DNA of 64,000 nt from an uncultured Planctomycetota bacterium (GTDB taxonomy: Bacteria > Planctomycetota > Planctomycetia > Isosphaerales > Isosphaeraceae), in NCBI GenBank assembly GCA_963845755.1, contig CAWJTV010000009.1, forward strand, positions 224,001 to 288,000. The letters are read 5' to 3'. Shown one piece after another: positions 45,018-55,148 of the stretch (position 1 is the stretch's first letter; every line of letters starts with the position of its first letter). A program made the translations under genes and the position numbers. The notes under the pieces were generated by a model. That model was not told where the DNA came from. It ran no database searches and saw only the letters and a list, made by a program, of their open reading frames with translations.

Positions 45018-45541
45018 CGAGCGCGGTGACGACCTGCGCCATGCTGGTCCCCCACTATGTGCGGCGCTTCAACCGGGAGCTGGGCCGGGAGGTCCGCGAG
45101 GTGCCCACCGAGGCGATGGACCTGCTGCGCAGCTACCCCTGGCCGGGGAACATCCGCGAGCTGCAGAGCATCCTCAAGCAGGCCCTGTTGCGGGTGACCG
45201 GACCGATACTCGCCGCAGAATCCCTCCCGGCGCCCCTGTCTGTAATCGTGGACCCGTCAGGGATCGAAGGGACCGCGCCAGACCACGGTCCCGCAAGGCC
45301 TCCGGTCGAGTCATTCCTCCTCCGGCGGATGCAGGAATGCAAGGAAGACCTCTACCAGCACGTCCATTCCGAGATCGACCAGCATCTCCTTCCGCTGGTG
45401 CTTCGATCGACCGGGGGCAACCAGCTCCAGGCGGCTCGAGTCCTCGGGATTACCCGCCGGACGCTCCGGCTCAAGCTGCGCGAACTGGGCCTCTCGGTCA
45501 CGAAGACGGTCGAGGCCGCCGAGAGCGACGATGCCGATTGA
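45018..45541 (+). pseudogene. C-terminal fragment of a sigma54-dependent (NtrC/Fis) regulator
   Basis: ERGDDL, YPWPGNIRELQS and TGGNQLQAARVLGITRRTLRLKL motifs; GAFTGA region and N-terminus missing. Confidence 0.85.
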
Positions 45542-45882
45542 ATCGGCATCGGCGCACATGTTCTCTCTATGGAAAAAGTTGCAGACCGGCGCATCCGCCG
45601 CGCCGTGAGAATGGTCCTCGCTTGACCACGCTGGTCAGGGCGCGCCCGTCGGATCGGGCCCGCGTGTGGTCGTCGCGCCGATCGGAAGAGGCGAGACCGG
45701 CGGCAGTCGCACCAATTCGTCAGGGTTCGAGCCCGGGCGCTCCTCTCAATCCCATCAAACGCCCCACATCCGTTCGTCGCCTGAACTCGACATTGTAAAT
45801 AAACTTAAATCAGGATCCCTGCAAGCGGCGCGATGCAATCTCCGAGGGATCAATCGGGGTCGGGACTCGGTATCCCGCAAAT

Positions 45883-45898
45883 TGGCGCGCCGGATGCA
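45883..45898 (+). promoter_or_regulatory. Candidate sigma54 -24/-12 promoter
   Basis: TGGCGC-GCCGG-ATGCA with GG-N10-GC spacing, downstream of an AT-rich patch and upstream of the di-heme gene. Confidence 0.35.
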
Positions 45899-46329
45899 AT
45901 ACGGCCCCGCACCTCGATTGCGTTCTACGGACCGGGCGAGACCGATCGTCGGCCCGGGAATGCGTTCATCTAACTGCCTGTTCGATCTCGTTGTTTCATT
46001 CCCCTGGGCTTCCTCGGTGGCCCGGGCGAGAGAGTCCTAGCGACGCGACCCGAGCGTCGCGAAAAGCCGGGCTCCCTCCCTCCGTCGGCCGCCGCGTCGA
46101 GCGATGCCCCGATCGATCCGCGGATGTATCGATGCCGCGGCCCGTCGGCGTCCGTATAGTCCGCATCGCCGGATCGTCCCGGCGATGCACCCGCCCATCC
46201 CGCCGCCGGGTTGGGCACGGCCGGCTCGCGCACCGGGCCGGGCTGCGGCAGGAACCGCGCATCAGGCCCCTCTCGGCAGGGGCCGAACTCCCCACCTTCT
46301 TTGATCGATGTATTCTGAGGAATTCAACG

Positions 46330-47846
46330 ATGGAAAAGCGTAGATCAGTCGCCGGGGCGCGAGTCATGATCGGCTCCGCCCTCGCCGTCGGGTTGCTCCT
46401 GTTCCCCAGCCCCAGCCCGGGGCAGATCTTCGGGCCGGTCCCCCCGCCCAAGCAGCCGCCCAATATCGTGCCGCTGACGCCCGTCGAGCAGCTCGGTAAG
46501 GACATCCTCTACGACCACACCCTGTCGAATCCGACGGGCTATGCCTGCTTCACCTGCCACGTCCCCGAGGCGGGCTTCACGGGGCCGCGTCTCGGAGATC
46601 AATGCGCTCGCCGGCCCGTACCCGGGCGTCGTCCCCGGCCGGTTCGGCAAGCGCAAGCCCCAGACCTACGCCATGACCGCGTTCAGCCCCATCGGCCCCT
46701 ACTACGACGCGAACGTGGGGGTGTACATCGGGGGCACCTTCTGGGACGGTCGCACCCCAGACGAGTCGCACCAGGCGAGGGAGCCTTTCCTCGATCCGGA
46801 CGAGATGGCCAACATCCCGGGGAACGGGATCTATCCTCCAGTCGCCGGCGGATATTCCCCTCTCGTCGTCCAGAAGGTCCAATCGCGGCCCTACACCCAC
46901 CTGTTCAAGAAGCTGTACGGCAAGGACGTGTTCACCAAATACACCGTCCCGCAGGTCTACACGATCATCACCGACGCCATCGCGGCCTACGAGGCCTCGG
47001 CCGAGGTCAACCCCTTCAACTCGAAGTACGACGCCTCGAAGTATGGCACGCCGCCGCAGAAGCTCTACACGCTCTCCGCGTCCGAGGAGCGCGGGCGGAT
47101 CCTCTACGGGGTCGGGCCGAACCCGAAGAACGATCCGAACTTCGGCGGGGCTCAATGCTTCCAGTGCCATTCCTCTGCGACGCTCGCCATCGTCCAGGCC
47201 GAGACCGAGGGGAAAGAGACCTTCACGATGTTTTGCTATGCCAACATCGGCGTCCCCAAGAACCCCAACAACCCCTTCTACGAGGAGACAGATCCCACCG
47301 ACAATCCCCACGGGTATAACCCCCTGGGGACCAAGTTTATCGACTGGGGCCTCGGCCTCAACCCGAACCCCGCCCCCGACGGGACCAGGTTCTACAACAA
47401 TACCCCGGGCGACATCCTCCAAGTTCCGCGGGCTGTTCAAGGCCCCGAGCGTGCGCAACTCGGACAAGCGGCCGTATCCGACGTTCGTGAAGTCGTACAT
47501 GCACAACGGCGTCTTCAAGAGCCTCGAGGAGGTCGTCCACTTCTACAACAAGCGGAACATCGCCGTGAACGCCAATGGCGATCAGGTCGCCTTCGACCTC
47601 CGCGTGGGGCCACCGTCAGGATACACGGCGATCTGGCCGCCACCTGAGGTCCTCGACAACGTGCAGAACGTCGCGGGCTACACCCCCGCCGAGGCGGCCG
47701 CCAAGGGGACCACCGGGGTGACTGCCGAGAACGGTCAAGTGGGCAATCTCGGCCTGACTGCTTCGCAGGAGGCCGACCTGGTCAACTTCCTCAAGATCCT
47801 CAGCGACGGCTACGGCAAGCCCATCCCCGTCGGGAGCGGCGACTGA
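46330..47846 (+). CDS. Di-heme cytochrome c peroxidase/MauG-superfamily protein; frameshifts at ~46590 and ~47420
   Basis: Signal peptide, LGKDILYD.TLS, CFTCH, FWDGR, CFQCH, FKAPSVRN and YMHNG motifs. Confidence 0.88.
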
Positions 47847-47947
47847 GCGTCCGTCATGATGCAGGCCGGGACGCGGATCGGCTCGCGTCCCGGCCGAACG
47901 ATGCCGGCCCTCCCGGAACCATCGAAATCGCCCTTCGCAACGAGAGA

Positions 47948-49036
47948 ATGCTCATGTTCGGAACGATCTCGATCAAACGCGGCTCTCCGGCCACTGACGG
48001 GCACCTCGGGCTCGATCGCTCCCGAGGCTTCCCGAGATGGAAGACACCAGCCCCGGAATCGCTCGAGGAATCGACCTTCGACTCGTCTCATGACGGTCGG
48101 ACCGCGGGAGAACTCTCGGCCGGGCTGAGGATCTCTCCGTCGAAGGCCCCCTGGTCCACTCGCCAGGCCGACATCGATCGCGCACGCCGCCTCCTCGCGG
48201 CGGACCTGACCTACGTCCCTCACCCGATCTTCGACGACCCCAGCGCCCACGACGCGATCCTGGCCCCTTCGCCGGCCTCCGGGACCGCCGGGCCGGATCG
48301 GGCACTCGCGTCTTGCGACGCCGACGCGGCTCCCTTTCGAAGGACCGGGTTCCCGTCGCGCGAGCAGGAAGCCCACGTGTTCCGCAAGATGAACTACCTG
48401 AAATGTCTCGCCTGTCGGATTCGCGACCGGATCGATCCCGATTCCCCGGACCGAGTCAACCTGGACCAGATCGAACGTCTGCAAGCCGAGGCGCTGAAGC
48501 TGAAGAACCAGGTGGTCGAGACCCACATGCGGCTTGCCGTCTCGGTCGCCAAGAGGCAAGTCCGGGCCGGCTACGACCTGAGCGAACGAATCAGCGACGG
48601 CAGCTTCGCTTTGATGCAAGCCGTGGATCGCTTTGATTGTGAGCGGGGAACCCGATTCAGCACCTACGCATACTGGTCGATCCTCAACGAAGTCGCGCGC
48701 CACGACCGCAAGGCAAGGCACCATCGCCACCGGTCCTTCGGAATCGACCAGGCATCGCTCGCGGCGCCCGACTCCGAGATCGAGCGGTACGAACAGGATG
48801 ACGCCCAGGTCGGGCGGAGGGCAGCGGTCGATCGACTCCTCGGCCGACTGGACGGCCGCGAGCGCTGGATCGTCGTAAATCACAACGGCATCGGGGGCGT
48901 CCCCGAGCGGACGCTCGGCCAGATCGGCCTGGAGCTGGGGATCAGCAAGGAGCGCGTCCGCCAGATCGAGCAGCGCGCCCACGCCAAGCTCCGCGGTTTC
49001 GCGAGCCGGGAAGCGATGCAGCTCGCGGATCTCTGA
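47948..49036 (+). CDS. Sigma-70 family RNA polymerase sigma factor (planctomycete type)
   Basis: SREQEAHVFRKMNYLK, MRLAVSVAK, LMQAVDRFD..RGTRFSTYAYW and TLGQIG..LGISKERVRQIE motifs. Confidence 0.92.
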   Translation: MLMFGTISIKRGSPATDGHLGLDRSRGFPRWKTPAPESLEESTFDSSHDGRTAGELSAGLRISPSKAPWSTRQADIDRARRLLAADLTYVPHPIFDDPSAHDAILAPSPASGTAGPDRALASCDADAAPFRRTGFPSREQEAHVFRKMNYLKCLACRIRDRIDPDSPDRVNLDQIERLQAEALKLKNQVVETHMRLAVSVAKRQVRAGYDLSERISDGSFALMQAVDRFDCERGTRFSTYAYWSILNEVARHDRKARHHRHRSFGIDQASLAAPDSEIERYEQDDAQVGRRAAVDRLLGRLDGRERWIVVNHNGIGGVPERTLGQIGLELGISKERVRQIEQRAHAKLRGFASREAMQLADL

Positions 49037-49215
49037 GCAACTCCGCGGAATGGATTGGACGTCGCCGGGCCTTTCGAAACGGCATGTCCCGGAAATCCAG
49101 CACCAATCCCAGCCCTTGTTCTTCGAGCGATCACGAATTTTATATATTGTAACATTTATAGTAATAGATGTAATATAATGAACTGTGTGTGTTGAAAATT
49201 GTTCACAACCGAGAT
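49033..49215. repeat. Dispersed ~180-bp element with AT-rich core, copy 2
   Basis: Homologous to 15147-15326 in the same orientation; its first bases supply the sigma factor stop codon. Confidence 0.85.
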
Positions 49216-49421
49216 TCTCGGGGGCTGCCACCTGCTCCTCACCTGTTCCTGAGGTGGGGCGCGGGCAGTCGGGTGAACGATTCGGTACGTGCCCCGGGCC
49301 CAACCGCGCCGCCGGACCCGGGCTCGAGAAGCCGACTTCCGTCCCTTCCGGCGGCGATCGTGACCCCCTCGTCCGAGGATTTCTGCGGAGTCGCTTAGGA
49401 CCGACAGGAGATGCCGTCCCC

Positions 49422-49901
49422 ATGAGCACCAGCCCGATCGTCCCGGCCCTCGAACAACTTCTGGCCCCGTCGCCGGTCCGCGAGGCGGATACTCTGGACG
49501 ATCAGGGCCTCTTGGTTCAGCTTGAGAGCGGCACGGCGGATCGCTCGCCATGGCAATCACACCGGCGCCTCGCCGCTGGCTTGATCCGTCGGCTCGGTGG
49601 CCGTACCGAGGCCGTGCTGCGCCGCGAGCTCGACCGCTTCTTCGCCGCCCGCCCCGAGCTGAGTCACGCGGACCGAGCGGCGATCGCGCGAGCCATGTCG
49701 CGGTTCCGCAACCAGCTCCTCCACCACCCGCGGAGAACCCTCCGCGCGGCCGCGGCCACGGACCACACCGCCGGTGTCGACCCCTTGCTCGACGTCGTCC
49801 GTGGCCTCTTCGCACTGTCCGATGCGCCCCACTCCGACCGCTCTGATGCGCGCACTCCCGCGAGTCGCCCGACACGAACCTCGGCCAACTCGGCCTCGTG
49901 A
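49422..49901 (+). CDS. Stand-alone protein resembling the glutamyl-tRNA reductase (HemA) dimerisation domain
   Basis: IRRL...EAVLRRELDRFF...AMSRFRNQLLHHPRRTLR...LLDVVRGLFAL; AGGAG upstream; no catalytic or NADPH-binding domains. Confidence 0.6.
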   Translation: MSTSPIVPALEQLLAPSPVREADTLDDQGLLVQLESGTADRSPWQSHRRLAAGLIRRLGGRTEAVLRRELDRFFAARPELSHADRAAIARAMSRFRNQLLHHPRRTLRAAAATDHTAGVDPLLDVVRGLFALSDAPHSDRSDARTPASRPTRTSANSAS

Positions 49902-52900
49902 CGACCCCCCGGCATGTTGATGAATCTGGAAGGACCGATGAAATGCTTTCGACCACCTTCGCACGGGCATCGACTCGTCGCCGCGGCATCGCCCTGATCC
50001 TGGTCCTGGCGATCATCGCCCTGATGGCCCTGATCGGCGTCGTCTTCGCCACTCTCGGCGGCCAGGGCAAGATCAATGCGCGGAACTTTGCCCGCTCGGT
50101 CCTCACTCCAGGATCCGCCGAGCTGATGGACTTCGCCCTCCAGCAGTTGATCGCCGACACTGGAGACGTCCGATCGGTGCTCCGCGGCCATAGCCTGGCG
50201 CACGACATGTTCGGCAACGACGCCAGCAACAACGGTTACCTCGCCGGCAACCCCGCCAGCGGTGCTCCGTTCATCCTGACCAAGATTCAGCCCGTGGCCA
50301 ATTCCGGCGGACTCTATGACTTCCTGACGAGTATCCCGATTCCCGCCATCGATCCGACCTTCTACGGTTATAACTTCACCCGATGGACGCTCAGGCTCTC
50401 ATACACCGGCAACACCATCCCGCGGCCGGTCGACCAGACCTTCGAGATCCTCTACGACAGCTTTCAGCCCGGCGACAGGACCACGGCCTTCAGCGGCAGC
50501 AACTTCCATGTCTTCCGGGTCACGCCGATCGATGCGACGACCGCGCTCGACAACCCCACAGCCGCCGCCCAGAGCGGTCTCGGCGCCTGGCAGAACTTCC
50601 TGGTGCAGCCCCAGGCCGGCGCCGCACGGTTCGTCCTGGATGGCCGACGGCTCCGCGCCTTCAACGGACCCGGCATGGGGGCTGGCGCCGTCTACGGCAA
50701 CTTCCGGTACAACGGTGGCTTGCTCTCGGGGAATGCGACCTCCACGCAGCCCGGCGACCCCGATGCCGTGGGGATGGACGAGGATTACGACGCCTGCGAT
50801 CTTGAGAACTGGTTCCTGGCGATTCAGAGTGCCGACGGTCAGGTGATCCTCCCATCGTTCCACCGGCCGGGCATCATCCGCTACGACCCGAAGAACGGCG
50901 TCAACGACTGGGCGCGAACCAACCCGGCTGGCAACTGGTCCGACTCGGCGGCGCGGATCCTCCGGCCGGTGGCCGCCGACGGCCATGACCCGGCGACCTT
51001 CCCCGACCTCGTGCCTGACCCGGCCACCGGCAAGATCACCTTCGACGTCGATAACGATGGCGATGGCATCACCGATTCGGTCTGGCTCGACCTGGGTTAC
51101 CCGGCCCGGCCCGATGCCGGCGGCCGGCTCTCCAAGCCGCTCTTCGCCTTCCTGGTCATCGGCCTCAATGGCCGCATCCCGCTCAACACCGCCGGCAACC
51201 TGGCCGGCACGGGCGCCACGCACGCCGCGCACCTCGGCAACTCGGTCAGCGAGGTTGACCCGACCTATGCCTTGCAGAACGCCAACCAGGGCCCTGCGAT
51301 CGACGCCGATCCCTTCAACATCGCCGGCATCGGCATGCCCCCTTACACGAGCAACTCCCAGGTGGACAACGCGAGGATCGACGTCCGATTGACCCAGCTC
51401 CGCAACCTCCTGGCCGGCACGCGGCCGCAGCCGAAACCGGCCACCTCCGAGCCCCTGTTGGCCGACCCGAACGGGACGAATAACGGCGACGATAACTTCG
51501 TCTTCGGCCCCTGGCGCGAGCACCGGGGCAGGTCAACCCTATTTCATGCCGAACGGCATCGCGGACCCGGGCGATGTCCTCATCAGTACCAATCCGCCCC
51601 GGGTCCAGCGACTCAGCCCGGCCGTACCCGGTCGATGGGGCGAGGCCCTATCGATCCCCGGCGTGCCGTTCACCGCCGCCGGCGGCCAGACCGTGAACTG
51701 GGTGGCGAACCCCTACAACAACCCGGTCCGGGCGGGCTACTCCTTCGGTCCGGCCGACTGGGTCAACGGGGCGCCCGCGCCGCCGCCGACGACAACTACA
51801 ACCAGTTCGACCCCTTTCCGATCGGTCACACAGGCGAGGTTAACGACCGCGACTTCTTCGACTCCGCCGGTGGCCTGATGCTGCCCGTCGACCGGATGCG
51901 CCGGTTCGTCACGCCGGTCGACATCGACGGATCGGGCCGGGCGCTTCGCTGGGGCGTCTCCTGGCCTGCGGGCGATGTCGGGGCCGATGCGTTCGGGCGG
52001 GTCGACTTCACCGGCTATTTCCGCCCCCCCGGCGCCCGGGGCTCATCAGCGTCAACCCCAGCAGCGGGGCGACGCCGGGGGCGATCGACTATCCGTCGGC
52101 CGGCAACGATCTCTACTACACCGCCGCACCCAATCCAGCCAACGAGGTCTTCCCATCATACTTGCCCGACGTGACCAACAACCCGCTCCACGGCTTCGAG
52201 GCGGCCAAGAACCCGAACCTCCCCGCCGCGAGCGGCGGCTACTCGCCCCAGGCCATCGGCGGCATGCCCGCCGATCAGAACGTCGCCGCGGGCATCCCGG
52301 ATGCGCTACCCGACCTACGACCTCAACATCCGCACCGACGGGCTGAACGAGGCCGACGAGCTGAACCTCTACCGGCCCAATCCGCTGATGGACTCCGTCT
52401 ACGGGCCGGCCGACCTGGGATGGCTGTATCGATCGCAGGACGTCGACGCCGACTCCCTGTCGAGCCGGCTGGTCAACCTGGCCCCGGTCAGCTTCACCAA
52501 CACCATCGACGGCACGCGACGGCGCCGGCTGTTCGCGGTCGAGAGCTGGGAGGCGAACCAGTACGTCTGGGCCAACGACAACCCCCAGAATGCGTTCCCC
52601 TTCAACAGCCGGTTCGCACCGACGGCCAATGCCAGTTTCGCCACGGTCAGCGCCGCGACCGGGTCCTACGTGGCGGTGCCCTCACTGGCCCACCGCGACC
52701 GGAAGATCAACCTGAATTACCCCCTGCCGGTCTCGAACGACCCCGACGAGCTGATCCGGCAGAAATGGATCGGAGAAACCTACCAGCTCCTCAAGTGGGT
52801 CCTGTCCCCCCGGGCCGTCGATACGCCGGAAGAGTTGGCCCAGCTCAGCCAATTCGTGATCAACATCATCGATTTCCGCGACCCCGACTGCACGATGACC

Positions 52901-53658
52901 CACTGGATCAACCCGGACGTGATTCTCGTCCCGGGTCAGCCGGCGAGCACCTCAAACGGCACGACGACGCCCGCGACGGCCCCGACGCTGGCCCTGGCCT
53001 CCGCCGGCGCGACCGGCGCCATCCCGCTCGACCAGTATGGGATGGAGTACGCCCCGGTCGCCCTCAACGAGGTGCTCGCGTTCTCTTATGCGTATTACCA
53101 GGGGACTGGGGCACAGGCCAACCGGTTCTTCGTCGAGCTGGTCAACACGCTGACGCAGTCCTCGTTCGCGAGCCTGCCGCCGTTGACCGGAGCGACCAAC
53201 CCGCCCGATCCGAGCATCCTCGACCTGGCCGGGTTGCCTTCCGCGCCGGGCGATCCCTACTCGGGCGGTTGCTGGGACCTCGTCTTCACCGACGACACGC
53301 CCAATAGCCGCCCCGACCCGTATCGCGGGGAGTTGGTCCAGGAAGGCCAGTTCTACTCGATGATCCCGCTCACCAAGGATTCGTTCACCCCGACAGCAAC
53401 AGGAGCGACCGGCGAAGTCTCGGGCGTTCCCGGGAGCGACGTCACCTTGATACCGCTGGGCCCGACGGGCGTCCCCGCGCCGACGCTGGGCAATCCATCG
53501 TCGAACCCGGTCACGCCGCCGACGGACTTCTTCTACGCCTTCGGCAATGGCCCGCCCAACCTCGCATTCGAGACGGGCACGCCGATGCCCACGAATATGT
53601 ATCCCGTCGGCAACGGGATCGCGGCCGACACGCCCTCTCTCGTGCAGTACCTTAGCCC

Positions 53659-55148
53659 CAATACCGTTGAAATAGGCGCAAGCCACAGCCTCCTGTTACT
53701 TTGGGTTTACTCACGACCCAAGCAACACGGAGGCCATGACTCGCATGCCGCACGGACATTGCACGCTGCCGCCCGATGGGTCGGGCCGGATCTTGGATCG
53801 CTTGGCGGGACTGGAACAGATTATCTCGCCCGAGGCCGTTCGCCAAGTCCTCGCGGCCACCGGTAAAACCAATCAACGACGTTGCACACTGACCCACGAG
53901 ATTGTTTGCTGGGTGGTCCTGGCCATGGGGCTGTTGACCGACTTGCCGATCCGCCAAGTCTTCAAGCATGCACGCCGGCTCCGAGTCGGCGAGGAGAGTC
54001 CCCATCGATCCAGCCTGTGTGTGGCCCGGCAACGCCTGGGCATCGCGCCGGTCCGCCACCTGTTCGAGCACGTCGTTCATCCTCTGGCCCGGCCCGATAC
54101 GCCCGGAGCCTTCTACCGCGGGTTCCGCCTGGTCGGCATCGATGGGACCGTCTACGATGTCCCCGACTCGGAGGCCAACGCCGCGGCCTTCGCGCGCCCC
54201 TCGGCCGGGCCGCGCGGCGACGGCGCGTTCCCCCAAGTCCGCAAGCTGAGCCTGGTCGAATTGGGGACCCACATCGAACTGGCCTTCGTGGTCCGGTCGA
54301 TCGCCCACGGCGAACCGTCGATGGTCGGCGGCTTGCTCCGCCATCTGACTCCGGAGATGCTCCTGTTGGAGGATCGCGGGTTTTTCAGCTATGACCACTG
54401 GAAAACGGCGATGTTGCGGGGCGTCCAGCTGTTGGCACGCGTGAAAAGCGGCTTGATCCTCAAGTCGATCCAAAACCTGGCGGATGGCTCGTACCTGGCC
54501 AAGATTTATCGGGGTTGCTACGACCGTCAGATCGATCGGGATGGGATCGTCGTCCGGGTGATCCGCTATACACTGGACGACCCGCAACGAGTCGGACACG
54601 GTGAAACTCATGTGCTGATCACGAATCTCCTTGACGCGGAGCTTTATCCTGCTGAAGAATTGATTATTCTTTATCACGAGAGATGGGAACAGGAGTTGGT
54701 CTATGATGAGCAAAAGACCCATCATGATCCGCGGCGGGCGACCAAGCCGGCACAGATGCGAAGCGAGACCCCGGCGGGGGTGATCCAGGAGATCTATGCG
54801 CTGTCGCTGGGTCATTTCGTGATCCGAGCCTTGATGGTTGCGGCCGCCGGGACCGTGGGGCTGGACCCGGATCGGCTGTCGTTTCTGGGGTGCTTCCAGA
54901 TCCTCAAGTGCCGGTTGCCAGAATGCAACAGCTCGACCCCCGAGGCGTTCGAGGAGTGGTACCAGGGATTGTTGTGGGAGATGCAGGGGGAGCGCACCGA
55001 TGACGAAATGCGGAGGAACCGGATCAATCCGCGAGTGATCAAGCGTAAAATGTCCAAGTGGAAAAAGAAACGATCCAAACATCGACACATTCCGCCCTTG
55101 AAGAAAACCTTTGCAGAGACAGTGGTTATGCTTCCTTAAACGGTATTG
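53659..55148 (+). mobile_element. IS4-family insertion sequence, 1490 bp
   Basis: TIR caataccgtt / aacggtattg; 10-bp TSD accttagccc (53649-53658, 55149-55158). Confidence 0.93.
53736..55139 (+). CDS. IS4-family transposase, intact
   Basis: ARQRLG..PV, GIDGT, DRGF, LITNL, YHERWEQE..YDEQK and RVIKRK motifs. Confidence 0.95.
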   Translation: MTRMPHGHCTLPPDGSGRILDRLAGLEQIISPEAVRQVLAATGKTNQRRCTLTHEIVCWVVLAMGLLTDLPIRQVFKHARRLRVGEESPHRSSLCVARQRLGIAPVRHLFEHVVHPLARPDTPGAFYRGFRLVGIDGTVYDVPDSEANAAAFARPSAGPRGDGAFPQVRKLSLVELGTHIELAFVVRSIAHGEPSMVGGLLRHLTPEMLLLEDRGFFSYDHWKTAMLRGVQLLARVKSGLILKSIQNLADGSYLAKIYRGCYDRQIDRDGIVVRVIRYTLDDPQRVGHGETHVLITNLLDAELYPAEELIILYHERWEQELVYDEQKTHHDPRRATKPAQMRSETPAGVIQEIYALSLGHFVIRALMVAAAGTVGLDPDRLSFLGCFQILKCRLPECNSSTPEAFEEWYQGLLWEMQGERTDDEMRRNRINPRVIKRKMSKWKKKRSKHRHIPPLKKTFAETVVMLP

